From an uncultured Planctomycetales bacterium (GTDB lineage: Bacteria; Omnitrophota; Gorgyraeia; Gygaellales; Profunditerraquicolaceae): DNA of 64,000 bases. Positions within the stretch are counted from its first letter, which is position 1; each line of letters opens with the position of its first letter. The notes below the pieces were generated by a model, which saw only the letters and a list, made by a program, of their open reading frames with translations, had not been told where the DNA came from and made no database searches. Positions 9,440 to 18,562 of this stretch are shown piece by piece. Both the position numbers and the translations under genes were made by a program. Location: contig CAZOGI010000008.1 in the NCBI GenBank assembly GCA_964579435.1, forward strand, positions 2,096-66,095, given 5' to 3'.

Positions 9440-10952
9440 CCGGATCTGGCTCTGCCTCCTCGGCATCATCCTCTGCGCCGGCGCAGTTGCCCGGGCGCAA
9501 GATGAGCTGCAGGTCCCCGTGGCGCTGCATCTGTCCTCGCGCCTCTCCGACGGAAACTACACCATCGCCCAGATCGCCCGGGCCGCCCGCGCCCAGGGGA
9601 TCGGCGCTTTGCTCCTGAGCGAGCGCGACCTCATGCGCTGGGAGTACGGCCTCTGGCCGCTGCGCACGCTCATCCGCAGGCGCGTCGAGACCGCTTCGAT
9701 CCTGCGCCTCGGCCCCGAACGCTACCTTGAAGAATGCGCGCGCAACGAATCGGAACAGCTGCTGATCATTCCCGGGACGGAATCGGCGCCGTTTTACCAC
9801 TGGGAAGGAAATCCCCTGACCGGGCTCAAACTCATCGGCTGGCACCGGCATATTCTCTGCCTGGGGCTGCGCCGGCCAAACGATTACCGGGACCTGCCGG
9901 TTATCGGCAACGCGCGCGCCATCCCTGCGCGCACCGGCCGGCAAAGCGTTCTGCTCGTCAGCCCCGCGCTCTTGATCGCTCTGGGGCTGATCCTGATGCG
10001 CCGTCGGCGCTTCTCCTACACCGACGCCGCGGGGAAAGAGTGGGGGCCGCCCTCGCGCCTCTGGACCGCTGCCGGCAGGATCATCGCCGCCCTGGGGATT
10101 CTCTGGACCGCCCACAACTTCCCGTTCCGGGAACCGCTCTTCGATCAGTACCGCGCCGAGACGGGAGAACGTGCGTACGAAAACTATATCCGTTACGCCA
10201 ACGACCGCGGCGGCCTTACCTTCTGGGTACACCCTGAAATCCGCAACAGCGAACGCTTCACCGGGGTGCTGGTGGAAACCATGCCGTACATCGAGGAACT
10301 TTCTGCCCTCGACGGATACACCGGACTGAGCCTCTTTCCCGACAGCTATGACGCGATCGGCAGGCCGGGCCGGGCATGGGACCGGCTGAACCTTGACTTC
10401 GTCGCGGGAAAACGCGGCGCCCCGGTCTGGGGTGTCGGGGGGATTGCCTTGGATACGGGCGAGCTCGATGCGGCGCTGCGCTACGTCTCCACCGTCGTGC
10501 TGGCAGAGCGCTACACGCATGCGGGGCTCCTGCAGGCCCTCGCGCGGGGAAAGGCATACCTGGTGCGCGGCAAGGATGCTTCGCGGGCGAGGCTGGAATC
10601 GTTCAGCGTCATCGATACCGCCCACCCGGCCGAACAGGCGCAGGCCGGGGAACAACTCTCCCTCAGCGGCGCGGCGGCCCTGCAGATCAGCGTGAGCGTC
10701 AAAGAGCCGCTGTCGCCGGAACTGACGCTGCGCGTCATCCGCAGCGGCCGGGTCATAGTCGAGGAACCCATACGCTGCCCCTTCAGCGGGATCGTGCGCG
10801 ACCCCGAAGCGCTGACGCAGGAGCGCGGCTTCTACCGCCTGGAGATCGAATCGGCCGATACGCTGATCGTGAGCAATCCGGTGTTTTACCGCATTCAAGG
10901 CACCAGGCGCCTAGCACCAGAGACAGGAGAAACAACGCGCCCTCGATCCTGA
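9423..10952 (+). CDS. Hypothetical exported/membrane protein with degenerate PHP-like (CpsB-like) N-terminal region
   Basis: Signal peptide (LCLLGIILCAGAVARA) and an internal TM segment (VLLVSPALLIALGLILM). Residues 30-70, VALHLSSRLSDGNYTIAQIARAARAQGIGALLLSE, follow the PHP/CpsB pattern (HxH...DG...A..A...GI...L..xxH) but the metal-binding histidines are substituted. Confidence 0.4.
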   Translation: MNSAGNRIWLCLLGIILCAGAVARAQDELQVPVALHLSSRLSDGNYTIAQIARAARAQGIGALLLSERDLMRWEYGLWPLRTLIRRRVETASILRLGPERYLEECARNESEQLLIIPGTESAPFYHWEGNPLTGLKLIGWHRHILCLGLRRPNDYRDLPVIGNARAIPARTGRQSVLLVSPALLIALGLILMRRRRFSYTDAAGKEWGPPSRLWTAAGRIIAALGILWTAHNFPFREPLFDQYRAETGERAYENYIRYANDRGGLTFWVHPEIRNSERFTGVLVETMPYIEELSALDGYTGLSLFPDSYDAIGRPGRAWDRLNLDFVAGKRGAPVWGVGGIALDTGELDAALRYVSTVVLAERYTHAGLLQALARGKAYLVRGKDASRARLESFSVIDTAHPAEQAQAGEQLSLSGAAALQISVSVKEPLSPELTLRVIRSGRVIVEEPIRCPFSGIVRDPEALTQERGFYRLEIESADTLIVSNPVFYRIQGTRRLAPETGETTRPRS

Positions 10953-11007
10953 CCGTTCAACGGCCTGTTTCGTGTGCCGTGTCTCTTGTATCGGGCAAGA
11001 CCCCTGT

Positions 11008-11036
11008 TTGACATTACGCGCGCGCTCATATACAAT
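11008..11036 (+). promoter_or_regulatory. Sigma70-like promoter TTGACA-17-TACAAT; predicted TSS coincides with the ATG at 11045 (leaderless)
   Basis: TTGACA at 11008-11013 and TACAAT at 11031-11036 with an exact 17-nt spacer. The -10 element ends 8 nt before the ATG, leaving no room for a Shine-Dalgarno sequence. Confidence 0.5.
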
Positions 11037-11044
11037 ACTCTACG

Positions 11045-11758
11045 ATGATACTGAGCGTCCACCAGCCCCAGTACATTCCCTGGCTGGGCTATCTCGACAA
11101 GATCGCCCGCAGCGACGCGTTTGTCTTCCTCGACTGCGTCCAGTACAAGGAACGCGAGTTCCAGAACCGCAACAAGATCCGTACGCGCGGCGGCTGGGCC
11201 TGGCTGACGGTCCCGGTCGTCTCCAAGGGCAAGGGGAGACAGCGCATCGACGCGGTGCTCATCGACAACCAGCGCCCCTGGAGACGCCAGCACCACAAAA
11301 GCCTCTGCACCTGGTACGCGCACGCCCCGTTCTTTGCGCGCTACGAGCCGTTCCTGGCCCAGACCTATGCCCGGGAATGGGTTCGGCTCATCGACCTGAA
11401 CGTGCACATCATCCGCTTCCTCCTGGAGGAATTCGGCATCGCCACACCGCTCTCCTTCGAATCGCAGTACGGCATCGCCGCGGCCAAGACCGAACGCATC
11501 ATCGCCCTCTGCGAAACCCTCGGCGCCGGCACCTACCTCTCGGGAGCAGGAGGCAGGGACTACCTCGATGAAGGCTCATTCGCCGCTCACGGCATCGCCC
11601 TGCAGTACCAGTCGTACCGGCATCCGCAGTACCGGCAGCAGTGGGGCGACGACGGGACCGGCTTTATCCCGAACCTCTCGGCGCTGGACCTGCTCTTCAA
11701 CGAAGGGCCGCAGTCCGGCGGGCATTTCCTGCATCCCCAACACACGGAGGCACTATGA
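11045..11758 (+). CDS. WbqC-like family protein (polysaccharide-locus associated)
   Basis: The N-terminus SVHQPQYIPWLGYLDKIARSDAFVFLDCVQY matches the WbqC-family consensus (HQPnYlPWlGYf.Ki). Confidence 0.6.
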   Translation: MILSVHQPQYIPWLGYLDKIARSDAFVFLDCVQYKEREFQNRNKIRTRGGWAWLTVPVVSKGKGRQRIDAVLIDNQRPWRRQHHKSLCTWYAHAPFFARYEPFLAQTYAREWVRLIDLNVHIIRFLLEEFGIATPLSFESQYGIAAAKTERIIALCETLGAGTYLSGAGGRDYLDEGSFAAHGIALQYQSYRHPQYRQQWGDDGTGFIPNLSALDLLFNEGPQSGGHFLHPQHTEAL

Positions 11759-12372
11759 ATATCCTGGCTATCGGCGCTCATCCTGACGACATCGAGTTCG
11801 GATGCGGCGGCACGCTCATCCAGTATGCGCGGGCCGGCCACCATGTCTTCCTCCTGGTCCTGACCGACGGCTGTTTCGGCGGCTCCTCCCAGGTACGCGT
11901 TGCCGAGCAGAAGAGCGCCGCCAATTACCTGGGCGCGCGCGAGCTCTTCTGGGGCAACCTCCAGGACACCGAGCTCGTCGATAACCGCGAGCTCATCCTC
12001 AAGATCGACGAGACCATCCATAAGACGGCGGCGGACACCGTCTTCATCAATTACCCGCACGACATCCATCAGGACCACCGCGCCCTTGCCGAAGCGGGGA
12101 TATCGGCTACCCGCTATGTCACCGAAGTCCTCTTTTACGAAGTCCCGACCACCCAGCATTTCGAACCCGACATCTTCATCGACATTGCCGCGGTCCTGGA
12201 CCAGAAGCTCAAGCTCCTGGAACTGCACGCCTCGCAGGTCGACCGCACGCGCGTACAGAACCTGACGATCCTGGAGAGCGCCCAGGCATGCGCGACGTTC
12301 CGCGGATTCCAGGGCAGGGTCAAGTTCGCCGAGGGATTCAAGGCGCTGCGCGTCCTGCGCAGGGCAGGCTAA
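11755..12372 (+). CDS. PIG-L family deacetylase (LmbE-like N-acetylglucosaminyl deacetylase)
   Basis: ILAIGAHPDDIEFGCGGTL ... HQDH match the LmbE-like metal-binding motifs. ATGA overlap with the upstream gene. Confidence 0.7.
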   Translation: MNILAIGAHPDDIEFGCGGTLIQYARAGHHVFLLVLTDGCFGGSSQVRVAEQKSAANYLGARELFWGNLQDTELVDNRELILKIDETIHKTAADTVFINYPHDIHQDHRALAEAGISATRYVTEVLFYEVPTTQHFEPDIFIDIAAVLDQKLKLLELHASQVDRTRVQNLTILESAQACATFRGFQGRVKFAEGFKALRVLRRAG

Positions 12373-12376
12373 ATAT

Positions 12377-13438
12377 ATGCGCTCGCTCCTGACCGTCCTT
12401 CTGTCGCTGGTGGTGACCGCCGCCGCAATGCCGCTGTGCATCGTCCTTTCCCGGAAGCTCAAGATCCTCGACCATCCCGGCGGCCGCAAAACCCATCTGC
12501 AACCGACCCCGCTTCTGGGCGGACTGGCGGTCTACCTGGGATTCCTGACCGGGTATCTCCTGAACACCCATGAGACCGGGTTCCTGACGCCGCTCTTTTG
12601 GAGCGCAACCCTGGTCTTTGCGGTGAGCCTCTTCAACGACATCCGGCCGCTCTCGGCGGCAGCGCGCCTGCTCGCGCAGCTCCTGGCAACCGGAATCCTC
12701 ATCGCCAACGGCTGGCGCATCAGCTTCCTGCCCGAGGTCTGGTGGGGCGACGCCTTCGAGATGCTCGTCACCGGCGTCTGGGTAACGGGCATCACCAACG
12801 CCTTTAACTACCTCGACGGAGTGGATGCCCTGGCGGCGGGATCCGCGGGGCTCAATTTTTTCGTCTTCTCGGTCATCCTCTTTTCCTCGGGACAGATCGG
12901 CCTGGCGGTCTTCGCGGTCTCGGCGATGGCTGCCTGCCTGGGCTTTATCCCTTTCAACGTGAGCCGCCGCTTCAAGATCTTCCTCGGGGATGCCGGAAGC
13001 ACCTTTCTAGGGTTCACCCTCGCGGGGATCTCCCTTGCCGGGAACTGGGCCCAGGCCAACGCAGTCAGGATCGTGATCCCGATACTGATCCTGGGGGTGC
13101 CTATCTTCGACATGACCTTTACCACGGTCATGCGCATCAAAGAGGGGAAGGTCCGCTCTCTCGGCGAATGGCTCGAATACGCGGGCCGCGACCACTTCCA
13201 CCATTACCTGCTCTCCCTGGGCCTGAAGCCCCTGCAAACGGTCCTCTTCATCTTCTTCGTCACGCTCTCCCTGGGAATAAGCGCGATCATGGTCTCCAAC
13301 GACCGGCCGTTCGAAGCGTTCTTGAGCGTCTCACAGGGCATCATCATCTTCAGCATAATCGGAACCCTGATCACCCTCGGGCAACAGCAGATCCGCCGGC
13401 AGGAGAAAGAATCGAAAACCATTGACAAATGCATTTAA
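12377..13438 (+). CDS. Glycosyltransferase family 4, polyprenyl-phosphate sugar-1-phosphate transferase (WecA/MraY superfamily)
   Basis: Multi-TM protein with ITNAFNYLDGVDALAAG and FLGDAGSTFLGF, which are MraY/WecA hallmark motifs. Confidence 0.75.
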   Translation: MRSLLTVLLSLVVTAAAMPLCIVLSRKLKILDHPGGRKTHLQPTPLLGGLAVYLGFLTGYLLNTHETGFLTPLFWSATLVFAVSLFNDIRPLSAAARLLAQLLATGILIANGWRISFLPEVWWGDAFEMLVTGVWVTGITNAFNYLDGVDALAAGSAGLNFFVFSVILFSSGQIGLAVFAVSAMAACLGFIPFNVSRRFKIFLGDAGSTFLGFTLAGISLAGNWAQANAVRIVIPILILGVPIFDMTFTTVMRIKEGKVRSLGEWLEYAGRDHFHHYLLSLGLKPLQTVLFIFFVTLSLGISAIMVSNDRPFEAFLSVSQGIIIFSIIGTLITLGQQQIRRQEKESKTIDKCI

Positions 13439-13457
13439 CATCTTACAATAAATAGAG

Positions 13458-14375
13458 ATGTATACTGCTTACTGGGGACTGACAGAAAAACCGTTCGAGA
13501 ACACCCCGGACCCGAAATTCCTCTTTCATTCGCAGCAGCACAACGAAGCGCTGGCTCGACTGCTTTATGTTGTGCATGAGCGAAAGGGCGCGGTGCTCTT
13601 AACAGGGGAGTATGGGAGCGGAAAAACTTTACTTACCCGTGTCCTCTGGCAAGAGCTGCAGCAGGAAAATATCTACCAGTCGGCCTTCATCCTCAATCCC
13701 CGTTTAAACGGCGTCGAATTCATCCAGGAGATCGTCAACCAGCTCAACGGCGCCGAAACCACCCCCAGCAAGATCAATCTTTTCCACAGCCTCCACAAGA
13801 TCCTCTATGCCAACTACAACGCCAAGAAACACACCATCATCATTATCGACGAAGCGCAGGCGATCAAGGATCCGGACATTTTCGAAGAGCTGCGGCTGCT
13901 CCTCAACTTCCAGCTCGACAACACCTTCCTGCTGACCATCGTGCTCATCGGACAGCCGGAGCTCAAGACCACCGTCAGGCAGCTACCCCAGCTCATGCAA
14001 CGGCTGGCCGTGCGCTACCACCTCAAAGCGCTCAACAAAAGCGAAGCGATCGATTACGTCCTGCACCGCCTGAAGGTATCCGGGGCGAAAGAGGAGATCT
14101 TCACCGCCGAAGCGCTCGCCGCGGTCTACAACTGCGCCGGCGGCATCCCGCGCAAAATCAACAATATCTGCGATTTGGCGCTGCTGGTGGCGTTCGGCAA
14201 CGGCCAGAAATCGATCGACGCGCGCGTCATCAACGAAGTCACCAAGGACCTGGAGATCGAGCTTCCCGAGAACACCCAGCACGTCGATTCCATCCAGAAA
14301 GAGCGCACCCCGCCGAGAGAACAGGAAAAGACCGTGCAAGAGGATGTTTCGCGGTCCGGGCCTTCTTCAAAATAA
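13458..14375 (+). CDS. ExeA/GspA-like AAA ATPase, PEP-CTERM/exosortase-locus type
   Basis: Walker A (LTGEYGSGKT) and Walker B (IIIIDEAQ). Overall layout matches ExeA-like ATPases associated with polysaccharide and exosortase loci. Confidence 0.6.
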   Translation: MYTAYWGLTEKPFENTPDPKFLFHSQQHNEALARLLYVVHERKGAVLLTGEYGSGKTLLTRVLWQELQQENIYQSAFILNPRLNGVEFIQEIVNQLNGAETTPSKINLFHSLHKILYANYNAKKHTIIIIDEAQAIKDPDIFEELRLLLNFQLDNTFLLTIVLIGQPELKTTVRQLPQLMQRLAVRYHLKALNKSEAIDYVLHRLKVSGAKEEIFTAEALAAVYNCAGGIPRKINNICDLALLVAFGNGQKSIDARVINEVTKDLEIELPENTQHVDSIQKERTPPREQEKTVQEDVSRSGPSSK

Positions 14376-14382
14376 CGTCCCC

Positions 14383-15411
14383 ATGGTCGACCTCTCCAAG
14401 ATACTCAGCAAAGCAAACCGGTTACCGCAACGCGGCGCCGAACCCACCCCGGCAACGGCGGGTGAGCCGAGAACAATCGGGGAGATCATCACCCGCGCCG
14501 CGCCGCAGCAGCTCAACAAGATTGACAACCCGGAGTCGGTCGCCCTTTACCAACAGGCATGCGCCGCCGCCGAGGCGATCTACGCCTCTCCCGCGCGGCA
14601 GGGCGCAGGAAACTTCCTGCCTTCGCTGACCGAGCTCATCTCGACCCTGGCGACGCGCCTCATGCAGGAAGACCGGACCCTGCTGAAACGCTGCCTGAGC
14701 GATTACGCACAGAACGGCTATTACCTGCCGCACCATGCAGTCAACGTCTGCCTCCTTTGCCTGGAACTGGGCATCGGCATGGGATATGACCGCGCCAAGC
14801 TCACCGAACTGGGAACCGGGGCGTTCCTGCACGATATCGGGCTCGTGCAGTTCGCCGAGCTCATTACCAAACCGGTCGTCTTCGACGAAAAAGAGCACGC
14901 GGTCATCCGCCAGCACTCGGCAACCGGCGTCTCGACGCTGCAATCGCTTTCCCCCGAGGTTCCGGCAGCCATCCTCTCGATCGTCGCCCAGGCGCACGAA
15001 CGCAAAGACGGCTCCGGCTATCCGGCGGGATTAAAGGACTCCGCGATCACCGAGTACGCCCAGATCGTCGGCATCGCCGACGTCTACGAAGGCTTCATCC
15101 ACACACGGCCCTACCGACCCAAGATCAATCCCCTGGAGGCGATCAAATTCATCCTCGACAACAAAAAAACCTTCGAACCGGCGATCGTCAAGGTGCTCCT
15201 GCACCGCATCGGCATCTATCCGCTCGGCTCGGTGGTGCGCCTCAACACCAAGGAGATCGGGGTCGTCACCGACAATAATTACGATTCTCCGCTGAGCCCG
15301 GTGGTCAGCGTCCTCTCCGACACCCAGCAAAAAGAGCTCCCGCAGCCCAAGATACTCAACCTGGCGGAAACCAGGGGGGTCATCTATATAGAGGATTGCC
15401 TCAACGCATGA
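14383..15411 (+). CDS. HD-GYP domain protein (c-di-GMP phosphodiesterase family)
   Basis: HD motif (HHAVNV...FLHDIGLV), HSATG, and AQAHERKDGSGYP (the GYP signature). An alternative upstream ATG at 14344 overlaps the preceding gene. Confidence 0.7.
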   Translation: MVDLSKILSKANRLPQRGAEPTPATAGEPRTIGEIITRAAPQQLNKIDNPESVALYQQACAAAEAIYASPARQGAGNFLPSLTELISTLATRLMQEDRTLLKRCLSDYAQNGYYLPHHAVNVCLLCLELGIGMGYDRAKLTELGTGAFLHDIGLVQFAELITKPVVFDEKEHAVIRQHSATGVSTLQSLSPEVPAAILSIVAQAHERKDGSGYPAGLKDSAITEYAQIVGIADVYEGFIHTRPYRPKINPLEAIKFILDNKKTFEPAIVKVLLHRIGIYPLGSVVRLNTKEIGVVTDNNYDSPLSPVVSVLSDTQQKELPQPKILNLAETRGVIYIEDCLNA

Positions 15412-16466
15412 AGACCTCTCCCCTGGAACAGACCGCTTTGCGCTGCCTGCCTGCGCTCCTCTGCGCGGCGCTGCTGCTGAGCATACCCCCGCAGCAGGGC
15501 TGCGCCGAAGAAGACACGCCCAAGCAGAGACAGGCGCAATTGCACTATATGATGGGCAACCGCCTGGTCCAGGAGAAACGCTACAAGGAAGCGCAGGAAG
15601 AATACCGTCTCGCGTTGAACCTCATCGAAGAGATCGACGATCTCTTGGAGCTGCCCTATGGCAGCTCCCTGGACCCGCAAACTTCGGTTGAAACGGATAT
15701 ACAACCGGCCGCCGCAGCCCCCGGGACGCATGCCTGGTCCCCGGTGCTCTCCGCGCCGCCCCCGTCGTCTTTGCCGCCGCTGCGGCCGCAAACACAAGAA
15801 CCCGCCGCTCTTTCGAGCGGAGACGCTGCTTTCGCGCCGCAGGCACCACCCGCCCCGGCAGCCGAGCGGCGCGCCGCGACCACGACCGGAATCTATCTCA
15901 TCGACGAAGGCGACGTCCTGCAGCTGTCCGTCTGGCAGAATCCGGACCTGGAGCAGGAAGTGATCGTGCGCCCCGACGGGAAAATATCCTGCGCCCTCAT
16001 CGGCGATGTCGATGCCTCGGGCCTGACGATCCCGGAGCTGGACGGGGCCATTACCGAACGCCTCAAGGAATACATACGCTCCCCCGAAGTCTCGCTCTCG
16101 CTCAAGAAATTTTCCGGCAAAAAAGTAATCGTCCTGGGAGAGGTCAAAGAGCCGGGCATTTATTCGGTTACCGGGGCGAAAACGATCCTGGAGGCGATCG
16201 GCCTTGCCGGAGGGCTGACCCAGGACTCGGTGGCATCGAGTGTCATCGTCATAAGCGGGGGCTTAAGCAACCCCAAACCCCGCCGGATCAACCTGACCAA
16301 AGCCCTGCACAAGGGGGACATGTCCAACAATCCGCCGCTACAGGCAGAAGATATCATCTTCGTCCCCAAGAAATTCATCGCCGATATCAATTACATCCTC
16401 ATGCAGGTGCTGGAGCCGCTTACCAAGGGGGCCCTCAACGTCAAGGAGCTCGAACGCATCTTTTAG
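15408..16466 (+). CDS. Polysaccharide export protein (Wza-like; Poly_export plus SLBB domains)
   Basis: IDEGDVLQLSVWQNPDLEQEVIVRPDGKISCALIGDVDASGLT matches the Poly_export motif (GDvL.i.vw...l...v.v..dG.i..P.iG.v.v.Glt). SLBB repeats lie downstream. N-terminal signal/lipoprotein-like region. ATGA overlap with the HD-GYP gene. Confidence 0.7.
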   Translation: MKTSPLEQTALRCLPALLCAALLLSIPPQQGCAEEDTPKQRQAQLHYMMGNRLVQEKRYKEAQEEYRLALNLIEEIDDLLELPYGSSLDPQTSVETDIQPAAAAPGTHAWSPVLSAPPPSSLPPLRPQTQEPAALSSGDAAFAPQAPPAPAAERRAATTTGIYLIDEGDVLQLSVWQNPDLEQEVIVRPDGKISCALIGDVDASGLTIPELDGAITERLKEYIRSPEVSLSLKKFSGKKVIVLGEVKEPGIYSVTGAKTILEAIGLAGGLTQDSVASSVIVISGGLSNPKPRRINLTKALHKGDMSNNPPLQAEDIIFVPKKFIADINYILMQVLEPLTKGALNVKELERIF

Positions 16467-16504
16467 CCCCTGCCGCCAACCGCCAACGCTTAAAAAAGTT
16501 CGCC

Positions 16505-16533
16505 TTGACAAAGAGAGACGATTCGATTATATT
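16505..16533 (+). promoter_or_regulatory. Sigma70-like promoter TTGACA-17-TATATT upstream of pgk
   Basis: TTGACA 16505-16510, TATATT 16528-16533, AAGGAG RBS at 16563-16568, pgk ATG at 16576. Confidence 0.55.
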
Positions 16534-16575
16534 GAAATTTCATTTCTTTTACCTCTGTTTTAAGGAGCTGACGAC

Positions 16576-17757
16576 ATGAACAAACTGACCGTACGAACGA
16601 TCGATTGCAAAGGAAAAACCGTGCTGATGCGCGCGGACTTCAACGTCCCGCAGGACGCGCAGCTGGCGATCACCGACGACACCCGCATCCGCGCGACCCT
16701 GCCCAGCATCCGGCTGCTCCTGGAGAAGGGGGCGGCAAAGGTGGTGCTGATGAGCCATCTGGGCCGGCCCGACGGAAAACCGATCGCCAAATACAGCCTC
16801 AAACCTGTCGCCGAACGCCTGGAGCAGCTGCTGGGGGAAAAAGTGCTCTTTTTGCCGGACTGTACCGGTGCGGCGATCCAACAGGGGATCAAGAGCGCTG
16901 CGCAACGGCTGATACTCCTGGAAAACTTGCGCTTTCACGCCGAGGAAGAGAAGAACGACCCCGCGTTCGCCCGGGAGCTTGCCTCCCTGGCCGATCTGTA
17001 CGTGAATGACGCTTTCGGCACCGCCCACCGCGCCCATGCCTCAACCGAAGGGGTTGCGCACCATCTGAAGGCTGCAGCCGGGCTGCTCCTGGAGAAAGAG
17101 ATCGAATACCTGGGAACTGCCGTCGCCAATCCGGCAAAACCCTTCATGGTCATCCTGGGAGGGGCAAAGGTCTCCGACAAGATCGCGGTTATCGACAACC
17201 TCCTGCCCCAATGCGACGCGATCCTCATCGGCGGCGGCATGGCCTACACCTTCCTGAAAGCGCAGGGCAAGGCGATCGGCAACTCAAAGCTCGAAAAAGA
17301 CAAGATCGAGGTCGCCCAGGGGATCCTGGCTAAAGCGGCGCAGCTGCACAAAGAGATCCTGCTGCCGGTGGACCATGTCATCGTCTCGACGATCGATGCG
17401 GCTGCCGCGACAGACATCGCGCAAGAGACGATCCCCGACGGCAAGATTGCGGTGGACATCGGGCCGGCGACGATCGAGCTCTTCCGCAAGAAACTCGCCG
17501 CGGCCAAGACCATCGTCTGGAACGGGCCGATGGGCATCTTCGAAATGAAACCCTTCAGCAACGGCACGCGGCGGATCATGGAGAGTATCGCCGCGGGAGC
17601 AGCGACCACGATCATCGGCGGAGGAGATACCGCCGCCGCTGCCGCCCAGTTCGGGCTCGAAGGGAAGATGAGCCATGTCTCAACCGGAGGCGGGGCAAGC
17701 CTGGAATACCTCGAAGGCAAAACCCTCCCGGGCATCGCCGCCCTCGCGGAGCGCTAA
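16576..17757 (+). CDS. pgk: Phosphoglycerate kinase
   Basis: Full-length PGK hallmarks: RADFNVP, LMSHLGRP, and FLLENLRFHAEEE. Confidence 0.95.
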   Translation: MNKLTVRTIDCKGKTVLMRADFNVPQDAQLAITDDTRIRATLPSIRLLLEKGAAKVVLMSHLGRPDGKPIAKYSLKPVAERLEQLLGEKVLFLPDCTGAAIQQGIKSAAQRLILLENLRFHAEEEKNDPAFARELASLADLYVNDAFGTAHRAHASTEGVAHHLKAAAGLLLEKEIEYLGTAVANPAKPFMVILGGAKVSDKIAVIDNLLPQCDAILIGGGMAYTFLKAQGKAIGNSKLEKDKIEVAQGILAKAAQLHKEILLPVDHVIVSTIDAAAATDIAQETIPDGKIAVDIGPATIELFRKKLAAAKTIVWNGPMGIFEMKPFSNGTRRIMESIAAGAATTIIGGGDTAAAAAQFGLEGKMSHVSTGGGASLEYLEGKTLPGIAALAER

Positions 17758-17760
17758 AAG

Positions 17761-18534
17761 ATGAGAAAAACCATCATTGCGGGGAACTGGAAGATGTATA
17801 AAACGATCGGCGAGGCGATCGAACTGGCCAACGGCCTGAAACGCCAGCTCTTCGAGCTGGACGCCGACACCGTCGAGGCCGTCCTCTGCCCGCCGTTCAT
17901 TGCCCTTGCCGACGTCGCCGAGACACTCGAAGAGAGCGCGATCGGCCTCGGGGGACAGAACGTCCATTGGCAGCCCGAAGGCGCCTTTACCGGCGAGATC
18001 TCCTGCGCGATGCTCAAGAGCGCCGGATGCGGCTACTGCATCATCGGGCACTCGGAACGCCGCCAGTACTTCGGCGAAACCAACGAAACCGTCAACCGCA
18101 AGCTGCTCGCGCTCCTGCAGAACGACCTTACCCCGATCGTCTGCGTCGGCGAAACCCTCGCCGAACGGGAAAAGGACCGCACGGAAGCGGTGCTCACCGA
18201 CCACGTCACCAACGGCCTCAAAGGACTCGACCGGCAGACCGCTTCGCGGCTGGTCATCGCCTACGAGCCGGTCTGGGCGATCGGAACCGGCAAGACCGCC
18301 ACGCCCCAGCAGGCGCAAGAAGCGCACCGTTTCATCCGCGCGCTGCTGGCGAAGCTCTTCGGCGAAGAGGCCGCGTCGGAAATACGCATCCAGTACGGCG
18401 GCAGCGTCAAACCGGAGAACATCACCGAACTCATGAGCCAGCCCGACGTCGACGGAGCTCTCGTCGGCGGGGCGAGCCTGACCGTCGCCTCCTTCGCCTC
18501 GATCGTCACCAAGGCGGCGGCCGTCAAAAAATGA
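17761..18534 (+). CDS. tpiA: Triosephosphate isomerase
   Basis: AGNWKM, CIIGHSERR, and AYEPVWAIGTGKTA are catalytic and signature TIM motifs. Confidence 0.95.
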   Translation: MRKTIIAGNWKMYKTIGEAIELANGLKRQLFELDADTVEAVLCPPFIALADVAETLEESAIGLGGQNVHWQPEGAFTGEISCAMLKSAGCGYCIIGHSERRQYFGETNETVNRKLLALLQNDLTPIVCVGETLAEREKDRTEAVLTDHVTNGLKGLDRQTASRLVIAYEPVWAIGTGKTATPQQAQEAHRFIRALLAKLFGEEAASEIRIQYGGSVKPENITELMSQPDVDGALVGGASLTVASFASIVTKAAAVKK

Positions 18535-18562
18535 CCCTCGCTTCAGCTTAAGGAGAAGTCGA

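Noticed and set aside
9243-10898. Very long minus-strand ORFs antisense to confident + strand genes. Examples are 9243-10898 (551 aa), 8192-9469, 24808-25908, 31191-32843, 33307-34929, 36834-38459, 48891-49844, 51418-53025 and 53422-54567.
   Set aside because: These are typical stop-codon-poor antisense frames of a high-GC genome. Their translations are low-complexity (R/A/G/P-rich) and lack motifs, and each fully overlaps a gene with clear family signatures on the + strand.
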